IMG/VR virus record: IMGVR_UViG_3300042987_001724
Length of the DNA: 51,069 bases
Direction: 5' to 3' (one strand)
From: a virus
Lineage: Duplodnaviria > Heunggongvirae > Uroviricota > Caudoviricetes
Part shown: positions 35,167 to 45,332 of the stretch, in pieces
How the letters are laid out: each line of letters starts with the position of its first letter
Numbering within the stretch: position 1 is the first letter of the stretch
Made by a program: the position numbers and the translations under genes
The notes under the pieces: generated by a model
Told to the model about the DNA's origin: nothing
Database searches by the model: none
The model's input: only the letters and a program-made list of their open reading frames with translations

Positions 35167-36063
35167 TCATGTGGATTGGTCAGGTGATTGAAACATCGCC
35201 GCCAGCCCAAGTGGATCTCCGGTTGACCGATTGGCGCGGCTCCATGTGATATGACGCAGCTTCCCGCGATCACGGTCAGCATCGGTAATCACTCGCCACA
35301 GCCCGTCTCGCACAATCGAAACGAAGTAGGCCACGCGACTCTCGACAGGCTCGCCGCCAAGTGCATCAACGGACAGTGCACGCTCCGCCGCCGCGATAAC
35401 CTTGAGTTCGTTTTCGTGACACGGCTCAACGAGCTTCGTGTGGTTCAGCCAGTCGACGAGCTTCTGGGTGTCTTTCAGATCCGAATCTTTCAAATCCCAT
35501 TTTCCGAAGTTTTCGGGGGCCGCAATGGGTTCAGGAATGGGATTAGGTGTTTTAGGATTAGGTATAAGAGTGTATTGCTTTCCGCACGTTTGCGGTATTG
35601 GTTCCGGCGCGGTTGCTGCATTAGTTTCCGCATGGTTGCTGCATTGGTTTCCGCATGGTTGCTGTATTACTGGTGATACACAATCTTCAGGTTCAGTAGG
35701 GTAGTGCTCTCTCACAAAGCCAATCTCGGAGTCCTCGATGTCCCTCGCATGCTGCGGGATCGTGATCCAATATTTACCCGGAACACCCTTCTTGCCATGC
35801 TCATAATGCAGCCAGCCGCTTTTCACGGCCTTGTCTCTCGCTCTCGCAAGTGTTTGCCTGTCGCTAAACCCTGCCACTGGGACAAGTTGCTCGTCATACC
35901 ATGTGATCGGCCTCCGGTATCTGGCGGAGTCCTCAGTCTGGCCAATCACAACCAACAGGCTAAACGCGCCGTGGCCGATCTCGTTGATGAGGCATGTTCG
36001 CATCATCAGTCTCATCGCCTTGTGTGCGAAGAATGGCTCTCGCTTCGGATACTCCGCCTTCAT
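35167..36063 (-). CDS. Phage replication initiator (lambda O-like organisation)
   Basis: N-terminal wHTH-like region, internal iterons, directly upstream of dnaB. Confidence 0.7.
   Translation of the reverse strand: MKAEYPKREPFFAHKAMRLMMRTCLINEIGHGAFSLLVVIGQTEDSARYRRPITWYDEQLVPVAGFSDRQTLARARDKAVKSGWLHYEHGKKGVPGKYWITIPQHARDIEDSEIGFVREHYPTEPEDCVSPVIQQPCGNQCSNHAETNAATAPEPIPQTCGKQYTLIPNPKTPNPIPEPIAAPENFGKWDLKDSDLKDTQKLVDWLNHTKLVEPCHENELKVIAAAERALSVDALGGEPVESRVAYFVSIVRDGLWRVITDADRDRGKLRHITWSRANRSTGDPLGLAAMFQSPDQST
35611..35668. repeat. Iteron-like 23-bp tandem repeat (putative origin)
   Basis: GGTTGCTGCATT-RGTTTCCGCAT x2.5 inside the initiator gene; extra TTTCCGCA at 35579. Confidence 0.7.
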
Positions 36064-36497
36064 TTCGCCCCCTTCGCGGCCTCTCGCCGTCGCTTCATGA
36101 GATCCATCAACGTCAGGTGTGGAGGTGCTGTGCTTTCCGTAACCTCTTTCCACCCGCTTCGTTTCTGCGGTTCCGCTTTCTTGCCTCGCTTCAGGTTTTT
36201 CGCCTCAGTTCGGCGCCGGAGCCTCGCCAACGTCTTTTCCGATTTCGGTGTCTGTGCTGGCCCCGGAGGAATCAGAGAGTTGATCAGAAGCCGGTCCAGC
36301 GTCTTGAAGTAGAGCAGTCGTTTCCGGAGAACTCCGCGAGAACTGGCGTGCAATCGTCTCTGAACGCCGTCTGGCATCCGAATGTCGATGTACCACGTCA
36401 GGTGTCGTCTCCCGTCGCGTTTCCAGAGTTTGTTGTGGCTTCGCACCTCGCCGATGATTTCCGGGGGTGGAAGCAGTCGTTTTTCGTCAGGCGTCAA
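36060..36497 (-). CDS. Basic hypothetical protein (start uncertain)
   Basis: Open frame coupled to the initiator by ATGA overlap; TTG start assumed. Confidence 0.5.
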   Translation of the reverse strand: MTPDEKRLLPPPEIIGEVRSHNKLWKRDGRRHLTWYIDIRMPDGVQRRLHASSRGVLRKRLLYFKTLDRLLINSLIPPGPAQTPKSEKTLARLRRRTEAKNLKRGKKAEPQKRSGWKEVTESTAPPHLTLMDLMKRRREAAKGAK

Positions 36498-37242
36498 CGC
36501 TGGCCCTCGCTTCTTCCAGAATTTGCTTGTAGACGTCGGGATGCTGTGCCGGGAATCTGAGATTCGGCCCGGCAATCCACTCCCCTCTTTTTTCAGGATG
36601 TGGGGACACCCATTCCATTTGGCGCCATCGTCGCGGGTCGCATCCGATATCACCCATTCGCTTTGAGCGGATACTGCCATTGATCTCGATTTCGGCGCAG
36701 ATTCTCAGGGCTGAAATCTTCCATTCCGTGAGCCGAATCGGGGATGATGCCCCCGCAGGGACGTCTGGGATGTATTCCGGAAGCGGATGACGCGCAGCCG
36801 GGTTCCAGTACCTGTTTTCAAGAAAGTCTCGATTCACAAGCTCAAGTGCCGTGAACGTGACCGGAGGATCGTTCAGCCATGCCTTGATCTGTTCTCTGGT
36901 CAACCCAGATGGGGTGATGTAATTCGGCTCCGGCTTCAGGAGAATTACACCGATACTGGATAAGACGTGATCCCAATCCTGATCCGCCACCGGAACGAGC
37001 ACGGCGCGAAAATCCGGCCCCGGTTGCTCGAACTCATATCGAGACGGCAGCACTTGCTTCATTACGGCGGCGTTGAGCCGCATCTTGGCCTGAACACCGA
37101 CTTGAACTCCGTCCGGATTCACCAAGAGTATGTCCCACCCGCAGGTTTCCGCATAAGGAACCCATCCTAGCTTCTTGGCTTCCGCGATAAATGCGGCACA
37201 GAGTTGTGTTTCCGTCTTGTACGGCGGCTTCCACGGCTTCAT
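36487..37242 (-). CDS. Phage hypothetical protein, possible nuclease fold
   Basis: GWVPYAETCGWDILLV..GVQAKMRLN. Confidence 0.7.
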   Translation of the reverse strand: MKPWKPPYKTETQLCAAFIAEAKKLGWVPYAETCGWDILLVNPDGVQVGVQAKMRLNAAVMKQVLPSRYEFEQPGPDFRAVLVPVADQDWDHVLSSIGVILLKPEPNYITPSGLTREQIKAWLNDPPVTFTALELVNRDFLENRYWNPAARHPLPEYIPDVPAGASSPIRLTEWKISALRICAEIEINGSIRSKRMGDIGCDPRRWRQMEWVSPHPEKRGEWIAGPNLRFPAQHPDVYKQILEEARASVDA

Positions 37243-37363
37243 TCGGCTCCCCAAAAACAAAACGCCGACATTGCAAGCTGTAACCATGCAATGCGGCGCG
37301 TAATCCGCCTAAGCGGTTGATTCCTGTTCTGATGTGTGGCTACAGCTTTTCATTGCAACGATC

Positions 37364-37633
37364 CTACGTGGCTTCCGATTCGGCGTCAAGAAGTTTACGG
37401 GAAACTTCCTGTTGTGGATCGGCGCCAGTTCTTTTCCAGTACCAAGCCCCGTCAACAAACGTCGGTTCTCCGTCCGCTCCGAACGGACACTTCCAGCTGA
37501 TGAACATCGGGCCGCGACCACGTTCACGATATAGTCTCCGCTCGTTGTACCAGTATTCAGGGCCGCGATTTTGGAAGTCGATTTGAAACGGCTTCATGTC
37601 GGGCTGCGGTTCGATTCTGACGAGATCACTCAT
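37364..37633 (-). CDS. Hypothetical protein
   Basis: ATGA coupling. Confidence 0.55.
   Translation of the reverse strand: MSDLVRIEPQPDMKPFQIDFQNRGPEYWYNERRLYRERGRGPMFISWKCPFGADGEPTFVDGAWYWKRTGADPQQEVSRKLLDAESEAT
37390..37408. promoter_or_regulatory. 19-bp operator GAAGTTTACGGGAAACTTC
   Basis: 8-3-8 motif near the end of a small ORF. Confidence 0.55.
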
Positions 37634-38253
37634 TGTGGCAAGCTCGCTTCCCTGTGTTCTGGGCGTTTAATTTCCGGTTCGTCGTGGTGTCGCACAAACC
37701 ATCGAATCGCATCACGGCACCAAAGGAAATTGGAGTTCCAGTCCGAGAAGTTCGGCGGGTCGCTTCCCTGCCAGACTTCGTGGGTTGCGTGGTACATCTG
37801 GTCTTCTCCGAAACCGTCGCCATCAAGATCGTCCATCGCATCCGTCAGGACTTCAATCAAGCGGTCCCGTTTCTTTTCGTCGCGACAGTGATCCTCCCAT
37901 GCCCCACCGCGAAGATTGGCGAGTTCCTCGTTGATCCACTCGCGGCATCGGTCTTCGGAAAACACTGTTGTCTTGATCGCGTGCGGCACTTTCGAGGCGA
38001 AATAACTCGTTGAATCAACGGAGCCACGGCACCACGGCAGCATGTCGTAATGCCGCTCCACAATTAGTTCCCCAATGTCACCGCTGACTACGATCGTGCC
38101 CGGATACGTCGTAACCCAAAATGCGTAGACTCCGGTGTTTGGTTGTCCACAGCGCCAGCATCGCACGACACCGTCGCGCGCAAGTTCCTGAATGATGTGA
38201 TTCCGAAACGCATTGTCGGAACACTGCCGAATCGTTTTTTCATTTCCGCTCAT
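37630..38253 (-). CDS. Phage hypothetical protein
   Basis: YAFWVTTYPGTIVVSGDIG; operon-coupled. Confidence 0.7.
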   Translation of the reverse strand: MSGNEKTIRQCSDNAFRNHIIQELARDGVVRCWRCGQPNTGVYAFWVTTYPGTIVVSGDIGELIVERHYDMLPWCRGSVDSTSYFASKVPHAIKTTVFSEDRCREWINEELANLRGGAWEDHCRDEKKRDRLIEVLTDAMDDLDGDGFGEDQMYHATHEVWQGSDPPNFSDWNSNFLWCRDAIRWFVRHHDEPEIKRPEHREASLPQ

Positions 38254-38609
38254 TCGTCGTCGTCTCCAAACAGGTCCGCAGTCGGTTGTCGGACGGGCTT
38301 CTTTTTCTTGGCTTTTGGTTCTTCAACAGGGTTCAGTCGCATCGGGGGAGGAAGACCGCAGACCTCGCAGCCTTTTTCAGTAAGCTCCATGTCCACAAAA
38401 AAGATCTTGCTGTCGTATTCGCCGTCATCGCCGATGGCTGGCATCGGATCGGTCGGTAGCAACAGCCCGTCACGGATCGCTTCAATAGCCCACCGCTTGG
38501 CCTGCGGATGCCGGACCTCATTGAAGATATTGAACGAAGCCGTGCCGACTGGGCACCCATACGCGCCACCATTGAATGTCGCGAGGAACTCTACTTGCTT
38601 CGGGGTCAT
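38250..38609 (-). CDS. Hypothetical protein
   Basis: TAATG coupling with the Dam gene. Confidence 0.65.
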   Translation of the reverse strand: MTPKQVEFLATFNGGAYGCPVGTASFNIFNEVRHPQAKRWAIEAIRDGLLLPTDPMPAIGDDGEYDSKIFFVDMELTEKGCEVCGLPPPMRLNPVEEPKAKKKKPVRQPTADLFGDDDE

Positions 38610-39499
38610 TACAATCTCTCCCCGTTTTCGCCGTAGTTCATCCACAGCCGCTCCGTCATAATCTTTTTCTTCTTCGCCCCGCTGGCATGGTTTGGCGTCG
38701 GGAAATCGACATGACGCCAGTTGTGCTTCCGCTCAAATTCTTCGTACAGATCGCTCGGGTAGCCGCAGAGCATGAATCGGCCCTTGATCCCGGCAAGAGT
38801 CTCCAGAAGTTTGACATGATCGTCACGGCTCATTTCGTGCTTGTATTCGCCGGTAGTCTCTCTGGTTTCGTGAAGGTATGGAGGGTCACAAAAGACGAGC
38901 GTTCCGTGACCGTCCTGTGATTCGATGGTACGGATGCCATCACGATTCAGAATCAAAACCCGCTTCATTCGTTCGTGGACGGCGGGAAGCCCCTCGACAG
39001 CCGACAGCCATGCCGAGACTTCGTTGTTCATTCCGCGCCGAGTTCGGGTTTTCGTGATCCCGGTGAATCCCTTCATACGACCGGCAAGGGACTGGCGACA
39101 GGACACGAAAAAGGCCACAGCCATGACGACATCAGGGCCGAGTTTGTTTTTGTCGCAATGTTTGGCGATACGATCGAATATCAACTCCAATTCGACGCAC
39201 TCCGAGTATTCGTGCTCGGAAAACGGCATAGCCTCGACGACTCTGTGAAACTTCGCGAAAGATTCCGTATTGGCCAGCACTCGCCAAAAGTTCGTCAACG
39301 ATAGATTCACATCGCTGACCGCCTCGCTGATTCCTTCAGGATCGTTTGCCAGCAGGACGGAACCGCCACCGAAATACGGCTCGACGTAATGAATGTAGCC
39401 GTCAGGAGACTTGCGAGTCGGCATCATCGCGACGATCTTCTTCGCCAGATAATGCTTGCCCCCATGAATTTTCAGCGTCGTCGTGATCCGATCTGACAT
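38609..39499 (-). CDS. DNA adenine methyltransferase (Dam/D12 class)
   Basis: GGKHYLA, YVEPYFGGGSV, DPPY. Confidence 0.9.
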   Translation of the reverse strand: MSDRITTTLKIHGGKHYLAKKIVAMMPTRKSPDGYIHYVEPYFGGGSVLLANDPEGISEAVSDVNLSLTNFWRVLANTESFAKFHRVVEAMPFSEHEYSECVELELIFDRIAKHCDKNKLGPDVVMAVAFFVSCRQSLAGRMKGFTGITKTRTRRGMNNEVSAWLSAVEGLPAVHERMKRVLILNRDGIRTIESQDGHGTLVFCDPPYLHETRETTGEYKHEMSRDDHVKLLETLAGIKGRFMLCGYPSDLYEEFERKHNWRHVDFPTPNHASGAKKKKIMTERLWMNYGENGERL

Positions 39500-39764
39500 C
39501 AGTCCGCCCCTTCAGGGTCACATCAAACGAGGGGAGATACTTCACTCGCCCACTCGATTTCCCGGCGACATCCGCAGCAGAAGCCCACACTGCGGAATCG
39601 CCGATCCCAATCAATACTTCGCCGCGCCGTTCTGGCATCTGGCCGAAGAACTCAATCACATCACCAATCTTGAGATCGCGGTTCGCAGCCCGAAACGGCT
39701 CGGTAACGATACGATCCCAAGGGGAATTCAAAAGGCCCGCTGTGGGGTTATGTTCGTTGGTCAT
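39496..39764 (-). CDS. Possible small hypothetical protein
   Basis: MTNEHNP... frame upstream of Dam; boundaries uncertain (this frame stays open to 39402). Confidence 0.3.
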
Positions 39765-39903
39765 TTCACCAGCGGTCGATTCTGACCCCATAGATCAAGC
39801 CCGATTTCGGCGGTTTTTGAACCCATCCGCAAAACTCAGCCTTTTCTACAAGAGACAAAAACGATCCCCGCAAAACTGTATTGCGGGAACGGGCCTAGAT
39901 GGA

Positions 39904-40263
39904 TCAGGTCAAGCAGCCGGTTCCGATGGCCTCACCGTGAAGCTGATATCGGAAGTCGTCGTAATCACAGCGAGATGTCCACGCAAAGTGGTCATGCCCG
40001 GCATTGCACCGAGACGCCGCCGACACAGCACGCTCGTGACTCAAAAACGCAGCACATGAGTAAGGGCGTTGTCGGTCCAGTAGGAATCGACCATAGGCAT
40101 AGAACTGCGGATTTCTCGGTCCATCACTCGGGCAGCAGGAACCACAGCACGGCGGCTCATCGCTCGGGTTCTTGATATCCCGCACCGTGCAGATGGAACC
40201 GATAATCAACGCAATGCAGACCGCCACGAACAACGCGGCACCGTAGCAAACGAATTGGAACAT
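39904..40263 (-). CDS. Membrane-anchored Cys-rich hypothetical protein
   Basis: N-terminal TM segment; GGAGG RBS. Confidence 0.55.
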   Translation of the reverse strand: MFQFVCYGAALFVAVCIALIIGSICTVRDIKNPSDEPPCCGSCCPSDGPRNPQFYAYGRFLLDRQRPYSCAAFLSHERAVSAASRCNAGHDHFAWTSRCDYDDFRYQLHGEAIGTGCLT

Positions 40264-40330
40264 TGGACGCCTCCTGAAAGTTGTGACGTATCGGACAGCC
40301 AATGATACGCACGAAAACCGATACGGATCG

Positions 40331-40349
40331 GAAGTTTTTTGGAAACTTC
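40331..40349. promoter_or_regulatory. 19-bp operator GAAGTTTTTTGGAAACTTC
   Basis: 8-3-8 motif, intergenic. Confidence 0.7.
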
Positions 40350-40355
40350 CAGTTT

Positions 40356-40778
40356 TTAACGAGAAACACTTACGTCTGAATCCGGAAAATCCTGACACGC
40401 GCACAAATATCTGCGCAGCCAAGGAAGGAACGTCCGGTAACTACCCCATCCATTCTCGGGGTTTTTGGCTTCATATTTCGCAGGATTCGACTCCATTTCC
40501 TCAATTCCAGCTTTCAATACAGGAATCAACTGTGACGCTTTTGTGATCCCGTTTTCTTCCGGGCGCCAGACGGCACTGTAGATCCCTGCAAGTTCCGCCA
40601 TTTCTCCGCAGTTGTGCGTGTAATTGGCCTCGTATAACGTGTCGTAAGTCCGCGTGTCGTGCCTCGCCTCGATTTCGTAGGCGAAATCTTCGAACCCATT
40701 TTTAACCAGCATGTCCACAGCGAGTTTCGCTCTTGGCGTCTCGGCGCGAGGGGTCGTCAGGTACACATCCAGACTCAT
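40356..40778 (-). CDS. Phage hypothetical protein
   Basis: MSLDVYL..NYTHN..MA..AGIY..WRPEE..NPENGWG pattern recurrent in phages. Confidence 0.75.
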   Translation of the reverse strand: MSLDVYLTTPRAETPRAKLAVDMLVKNGFEDFAYEIEARHDTRTYDTLYEANYTHNCGEMAELAGIYSAVWRPEENGITKASQLIPVLKAGIEEMESNPAKYEAKNPENGWGSYRTFLPWLRRYLCACQDFPDSDVSVSR

Positions 40779-41926
40779 TCTTCTCCCCCGTCTTCAATTG
40801 AGGCTGATGCAGAGTAAAACCCCGGCATAATCCGGGAACGTGGTTTCTTCATTCCATACTTGTCGTTCCCGGACTGGATGTCATCGCCAGACTTTTTGCA
40901 TTCCGCGTTCATCCCGGTCTTGAGGCATTTCAAAGCCTGTTCTAGAACGATCGCTCGCTGTAGGGCGCGAGGTGGATCTGCTGCCGTATCGTGGATATCC
41001 CAATCACAGACCGTGCATCGCGCAGCCTGATCACAGAACTGGCAACCCTCTCGACTTGGCCGAGCCTCCACCTGTTCGAGTGGAAGCCGGTAGTTGACCA
41101 GATACGTCCGGCATGCCTCTTCAATCCGTCCCCGGATGCGGTCCATGTCAGACCGCAGGAACCGCACCCCCGCCGTCCGAGTATTGTGCCGCACGTTGAA
41201 AATGATGACGTCAACGGCATCCATCGTCGGGAACGATGCCAAAACCAGATAGGAATAGAACTGGAACTGGAACGACGATTCAACCATCGCGTCCGTCCAT
41301 TTCGCGTGCCCGGTTTTCCAATCGACAAGTTGCAGCCGATTCGGATATCGGACGGAATGCAGCAGGTCGAATTCTGCCGTCAATCGCATTGCCTGCAAAT
41401 CGTCCGTGATCGGGTTGAGAACGTCGATGTCGGCGTCGAACTGACCGGAGCAGGACACGTCAGCGGTGAACGCACTCCCTTCCTCGTCTTCATAAGTGTA
41501 ACTGGCGGTCAAGTCCTCCCCGCCATCGAACGCAAGGATGTTCGACCAGTGCAGATCAGAGATGTAACGAGCGATTGACCACGCCCCCGGACGCATGGCG
41601 TCAACGGTTTCTTGATTAACGTCGCCGCGTGCCTCCCACGAACCACGGATCATGAAGTCGGCCAGATCGTTCGACTTCATGTTTCCTTTTGTCGTGACAA
41701 ACTTGCGAATAGCCCCTGCAATGATCTGGTGGCACTGCTCACCGGCTTCAGCGAGCTTGCCGACAGATCCAGCCATACGCGCGGCGAGTGGGCAGTTCGC
41801 GTAGTTCTCAAGGTCAGAACGACGAACTACAATCGGTTCGTCCGCGATGCGGAGTTCCGTTGTGGATTCCGATTCGGTCGTTACCGGGGTTTCCGGTTCG
41901 TCAAACAGCGGTAGCGTTGTCGACAT
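40775..41926 (-). CDS. PD-(D/E)XK nuclease (RecB/Cas4-like exonuclease)
   Basis: RSDLENYANCP, FDLL..LVDWKTG, QFQFY, CQFC motifs. Confidence 0.8.
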   Translation of the reverse strand: MSTTLPLFDEPETPVTTESESTTELRIADEPIVVRRSDLENYANCPLAARMAGSVGKLAEAGEQCHQIIAGAIRKFVTTKGNMKSNDLADFMIRGSWEARGDVNQETVDAMRPGAWSIARYISDLHWSNILAFDGGEDLTASYTYEDEEGSAFTADVSCSGQFDADIDVLNPITDDLQAMRLTAEFDLLHSVRYPNRLQLVDWKTGHAKWTDAMVESSFQFQFYSYLVLASFPTMDAVDVIIFNVRHNTRTAGVRFLRSDMDRIRGRIEEACRTYLVNYRLPLEQVEARPSREGCQFCDQAARCTVCDWDIHDTAADPPRALQRAIVLEQALKCLKTGMNAECKKSGDDIQSGNDKYGMKKPRSRIMPGFYSASASIEDGGEE

Positions 41927-43298
41927 CGGCTTCGTCTCCTTCAAATAGCCCGGCGGCTGGCTTCTTGGTTTTCACAGGGTTGGTTTTCGCGACCTTGCCG
42001 TCTTTGATCACAACCGAGCACAGGTCTTCATCAAATGCGGATCGGGTGGCGAGTTCGACGATCATCTGGAAATCGGTTTCTTCCAGCTTCGCATCGAGCG
42101 CCGCGATCGTTTCATCATCCAGATCATTACCGTTCTCGCAGACCATCAGGCGAAGCGTTGGGTTCAATGCGATTCCAACATCAACGGATGCCATGATCTG
42201 TTCGGCTTGGCTGGCTTGCTCAAACGGAAGTCCATTCAGCAAGATTCCCTTTTCGTCGACGGACATTCCGTCAACGGGGAACTCAGCGTCCTTGATCTTC
42301 TGCTTCTGCGTGTTGACCAGCGTTTCGAGTTGTTCAGTCAGTGATGCGGATTTGTTCTCAAGCCGGTTGTATTCGTCCAATGCTTCCTTGCGTTTGGCGT
42401 TGCTGCGGGCCTTGGCGTTGTCGGCTTCGATCGTTTGGATCTTGGCGCGAAGCGGGGCGATGTTTTGATCTGCCAGCCCTGAGACAATCTTCGACTGTTC
42501 GTCCTCTTGATCCTTCCACTTTCCAGCCGATTCATTCAGGCTCTCCAGTTTTCTCTGAAGGCGATCAATCTCCTCCTTGACTCCAGCAGCAGAAAGCTCT
42601 GTCGCTTCCCGTTGCTTGCGAATTGTGGACAACTTTGTGCGATGCTCGTTGTTCTCAGAGTTGACGGTTGTCGCTTTGTCAATCTCTTCCATCAGATCGG
42701 AAACGGACCTCTCCTCGACATCAGGATAGAACGCGATTCCATCGAATCGAGCTTTCGCGGCTTTTGCGTCACGATTCACGCCGGTACGCTGCTCGAACAG
42801 TTGTTTGTACTGCTCCCGTTCCGCCGCGAAGTCGAGATCCAGCAGCTTTTCCAGAAGCGACTTGCGGTCAGCCGGTTTCATCCGTGCGAACGCCAGCGGA
42901 TCGAAAGCCTTGAGTTGATACAGGCGTTTCAGCAGCGTCCGAGGCTCAGGAGCTTCCTCCCCGGCAGAATCAAGGACGCGGAATTCCTCGACAACAGCCC
43001 CGCCACGCTTCCGCAGCAGTTTGAGTTCCAGTGTCAGACCGACGTCTTCATGGAGATTCTCAGAATCCCCGGTAAGCGAAACCTTAACCCACCCCTCGTC
43101 TTCGCCTTCACGCAAGGCGACTTCCGGGTAGCTGTCCATGCCAGATTTTCCGCAAAGCGCCATGAGCAGCGACGTGATTGCGGAGGTCTTGCCCTGTTTG
43201 TTTTTTCCGCCAACAAGGAACAGATTGCGGCCTTCCAGATCAAACCGGATGTCGCGAACCTTCTGGATGTTGTGAGCAGATAGCGAAATCAGTTTCAT
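41901..43298 (-). CDS. SMC/RecF/RecN-like ATPase with long coiled coil
   Basis: GGKNKQGKTS Walker A, coiled coil, QASQAEQ signature-like segment. Confidence 0.8.
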   Translation of the reverse strand: MKLISLSAHNIQKVRDIRFDLEGRNLFLVGGKNKQGKTSAITSLLMALCGKSGMDSYPEVALREGEDEGWVKVSLTGDSENLHEDVGLTLELKLLRKRGGAVVEEFRVLDSAGEEAPEPRTLLKRLYQLKAFDPLAFARMKPADRKSLLEKLLDLDFAAEREQYKQLFEQRTGVNRDAKAAKARFDGIAFYPDVEERSVSDLMEEIDKATTVNSENNEHRTKLSTIRKQREATELSAAGVKEEIDRLQRKLESLNESAGKWKDQEDEQSKIVSGLADQNIAPLRAKIQTIEADNAKARSNAKRKEALDEYNRLENKSASLTEQLETLVNTQKQKIKDAEFPVDGMSVDEKGILLNGLPFEQASQAEQIMASVDVGIALNPTLRLMVCENGNDLDDETIAALDAKLEETDFQMIVELATRSAFDEDLCSVVIKDGKVAKTNPVKTKKPAAGLFEGDEADVDNATAV

Positions 43299-44308
43299 TC
43301 GTCGTCTCCAATTTCTTGAGGGCAAAATCCAACAGTTTGTCGTGGCAGGTCGTTGTCGGAAGTGGGTGACTTTTCTCGCATCTTGGAAAGTGTTGTGATT
43401 GCGTCGTCGTATGAATCACCCAGAACGACAACTGCTGTGAACAGTTCTTTAAGATGTGCAACAGAGAATAGATTCGTGTCTCGCACCCACTGGTCGATGT
43501 CGACGCCGTATTTTTCAGGGGTGTCTTTCAGGAGGAAGTTCAGGTACAGCCGTCGCGATTCTTCGTTCGGGAATCCAATCTTGAATCGCTTGTCGAACCG
43601 ACTTGGGCGGTTGACGATTCTTCCGCCGAGCTTTTCTGGATAGTTCGTTGTCGCAAGAAAAACGCAGTTGTCGAACTGGTTGACACCATCAAGGATGTTG
43701 AGAACGTCACTTTCGCAGTAGCAGGAGATGATGGAATCCAAGTCTTCCATGAGGACAACAACTGGCTTTCCGGGGTGTATTTCTCGCATCGCACGCATCG
43801 CAGCGGTGAATAACCCCGGATGGTCAAATACAACCACGACTCCACCGCGATCAACAACATCCCTCATCACAAACTGAATCGTGCAGCTTTTCCCGGACCC
43901 CGGAGGACCGTAAAGCAGGATTCCGCGTTTGAACACGATGCCGTGCTCATGGAAGACGTCTCGTTTCTCCCAAAACTTCGAGATTTCGGCGATCACTTTT
44001 TCGGAGTTTGTTTCCGGGAAACGAACTAGGCTGGTTGTGATAATCGGAATCTTCTGGAAAAACGGGCCTCTCTGGCTTTCTCTGATCGCGTATGCAGCAG
44101 GTGGTAACTCATCTGATGTTTCTCCAGTCGGGAAGTAGCACGACTCGCCAGCCTTTTCCCATTGCGTGTACGTTCGTGGTTGTGACTCGACTGGGCCATC
44201 ACCGCGAGTTGATGTACTGAGACTCAATGAACTGGAAATTGCCGCAGCCCGCACATATGTTGGGGCAGCATTCGTGGGTGCATCTGGAAGGTCTGAAATA
44301 TCATTCAT
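43295..44308 (-). CDS. AAA+ ATPase
   Basis: GILLYGPPGSGKS, LMEDLD, LATTNYPEKL, RPSRFD. Confidence 0.9.
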   Translation of the reverse strand: MNDISDLPDAPTNAAPTYVRAAAISSSLSLSTSTRGDGPVESQPRTYTQWEKAGESCYFPTGETSDELPPAAYAIRESQRGPFFQKIPIITTSLVRFPETNSEKVIAEISKFWEKRDVFHEHGIVFKRGILLYGPPGSGKSCTIQFVMRDVVDRGGVVVVFDHPGLFTAAMRAMREIHPGKPVVVLMEDLDSIISCYCESDVLNILDGVNQFDNCVFLATTNYPEKLGGRIVNRPSRFDKRFKIGFPNEESRRLYLNFLLKDTPEKYGVDIDQWVRDTNLFSVAHLKELFTAVVVLGDSYDDAITTLSKMREKSPTSDNDLPRQTVGFCPQEIGDDE

Positions 44309-44326
44309 CGCAAACGAATTCCTTAA

Positions 44327-45142
44327 TTAGTGAGGGAGTCCTTCGATTTTCAACATTGCATCTTCAGCAGTCTTCAGGTCCGCTGGCGACCACATCTCCG
44401 GCTTCAGCGCCGCGTCTGGTGGCAGCTCGGTGTGGGAGACAACCCATTGACGCCATAGATCCGGGGTCGGGGTGTCGCCGTCAGAAACGGTTGCATCCTT
44501 CCAGCGAGCTTTCAGGTTTTGAAATCGCTCGTTGACGGTGGCCAGACCGCCAACAGGCTTTGACGGAACCGACCGAGGAGCTACGCGAGGTTCTGGCCGT
44601 GGAGGTGGATTTCTCGCCTGTTCTCTCGGTGGAACGGACTGGCAGTCATCGTCTGTGTCTGCGGAGACAATCCCGAGTGCAGCGCACAATGCGTGGCGGC
44701 GACCATACGTCAGTGCCGACGCTGCCATTTGCGGCTGGTTCATTGCTCGCGTCCCCGCCAATTGCATTGAAATCGCATGCTTCCGGGAATGACCGGCGAC
44801 GTGCGCGATGGTGCAAACAATCGTCATCTCGTTTTCAGTGGTGGAGGAGTCGAAAGAGAACGTCAGGCCGTGCTGCGCCAATGTCGGCTTGATCGTCTGG
44901 ACGATCCGGGCGAGCGAGGCATAGGTGTAACGGTTCTGGTCCCCGTTCTTGTCATGCAGCACGAGCGGACAGTCGTTCTGAAACGCCAGCATCGCCTGAT
45001 TGAACTCTGATTCAGCTTGGTTTCGCTGAATCCGCTCTTGCAGGTCAACGAGCTTCGACATCGTTTCCGCGTCGATGCCCTTTTCAATCGCCCGCTCGAT
45101 AATTGAGAGCGGCTCCCCGACCGTTGTCAGTTCCGTAGACAT
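44327..45142 (-). CDS. ERF-family single-strand annealing protein
   Basis: YTYASL..IKP.L..HGL, ASALTYGRRHAL..ALGI..DDD. Confidence 0.85.
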   Translation of the reverse strand: MSTELTTVGEPLSIIERAIEKGIDAETMSKLVDLQERIQRNQAESEFNQAMLAFQNDCPLVLHDKNGDQNRYTYASLARIVQTIKPTLAQHGLTFSFDSSTTENEMTIVCTIAHVAGHSRKHAISMQLAGTRAMNQPQMAASALTYGRRHALCAALGIVSADTDDDCQSVPPREQARNPPPRPEPRVAPRSVPSKPVGGLATVNERFQNLKARWKDATVSDGDTPTPDLWRQWVVSHTELPPDAALKPEMWSPADLKTAEDAMLKIEGLPH

Positions 45143-45332
45143 TCTATTCCTCACAGTTCCAGATTCTGATTGTTAGCCGACGCGATCAGACAGGCCGCAG
45201 CCAATCCAATCGGTAGTATCCAAGCCCGATCAATTTCCGTGCTCCAGACGATCCATGTCAGGGCGGCAGCGGCGGTGATGTATGCAGTGATCCAGAGAGC
45301 GAAATCCATTTCGCGGTCCTTTCAGCTAGGGG

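Noticed and set aside
40775-41926. Cas4 adaptation nuclease serving the guide arrays
   Set aside because: It lies 26 kb away within the ERF/SMC recombination operon, where PD-(D/E)XK exonucleases are routine
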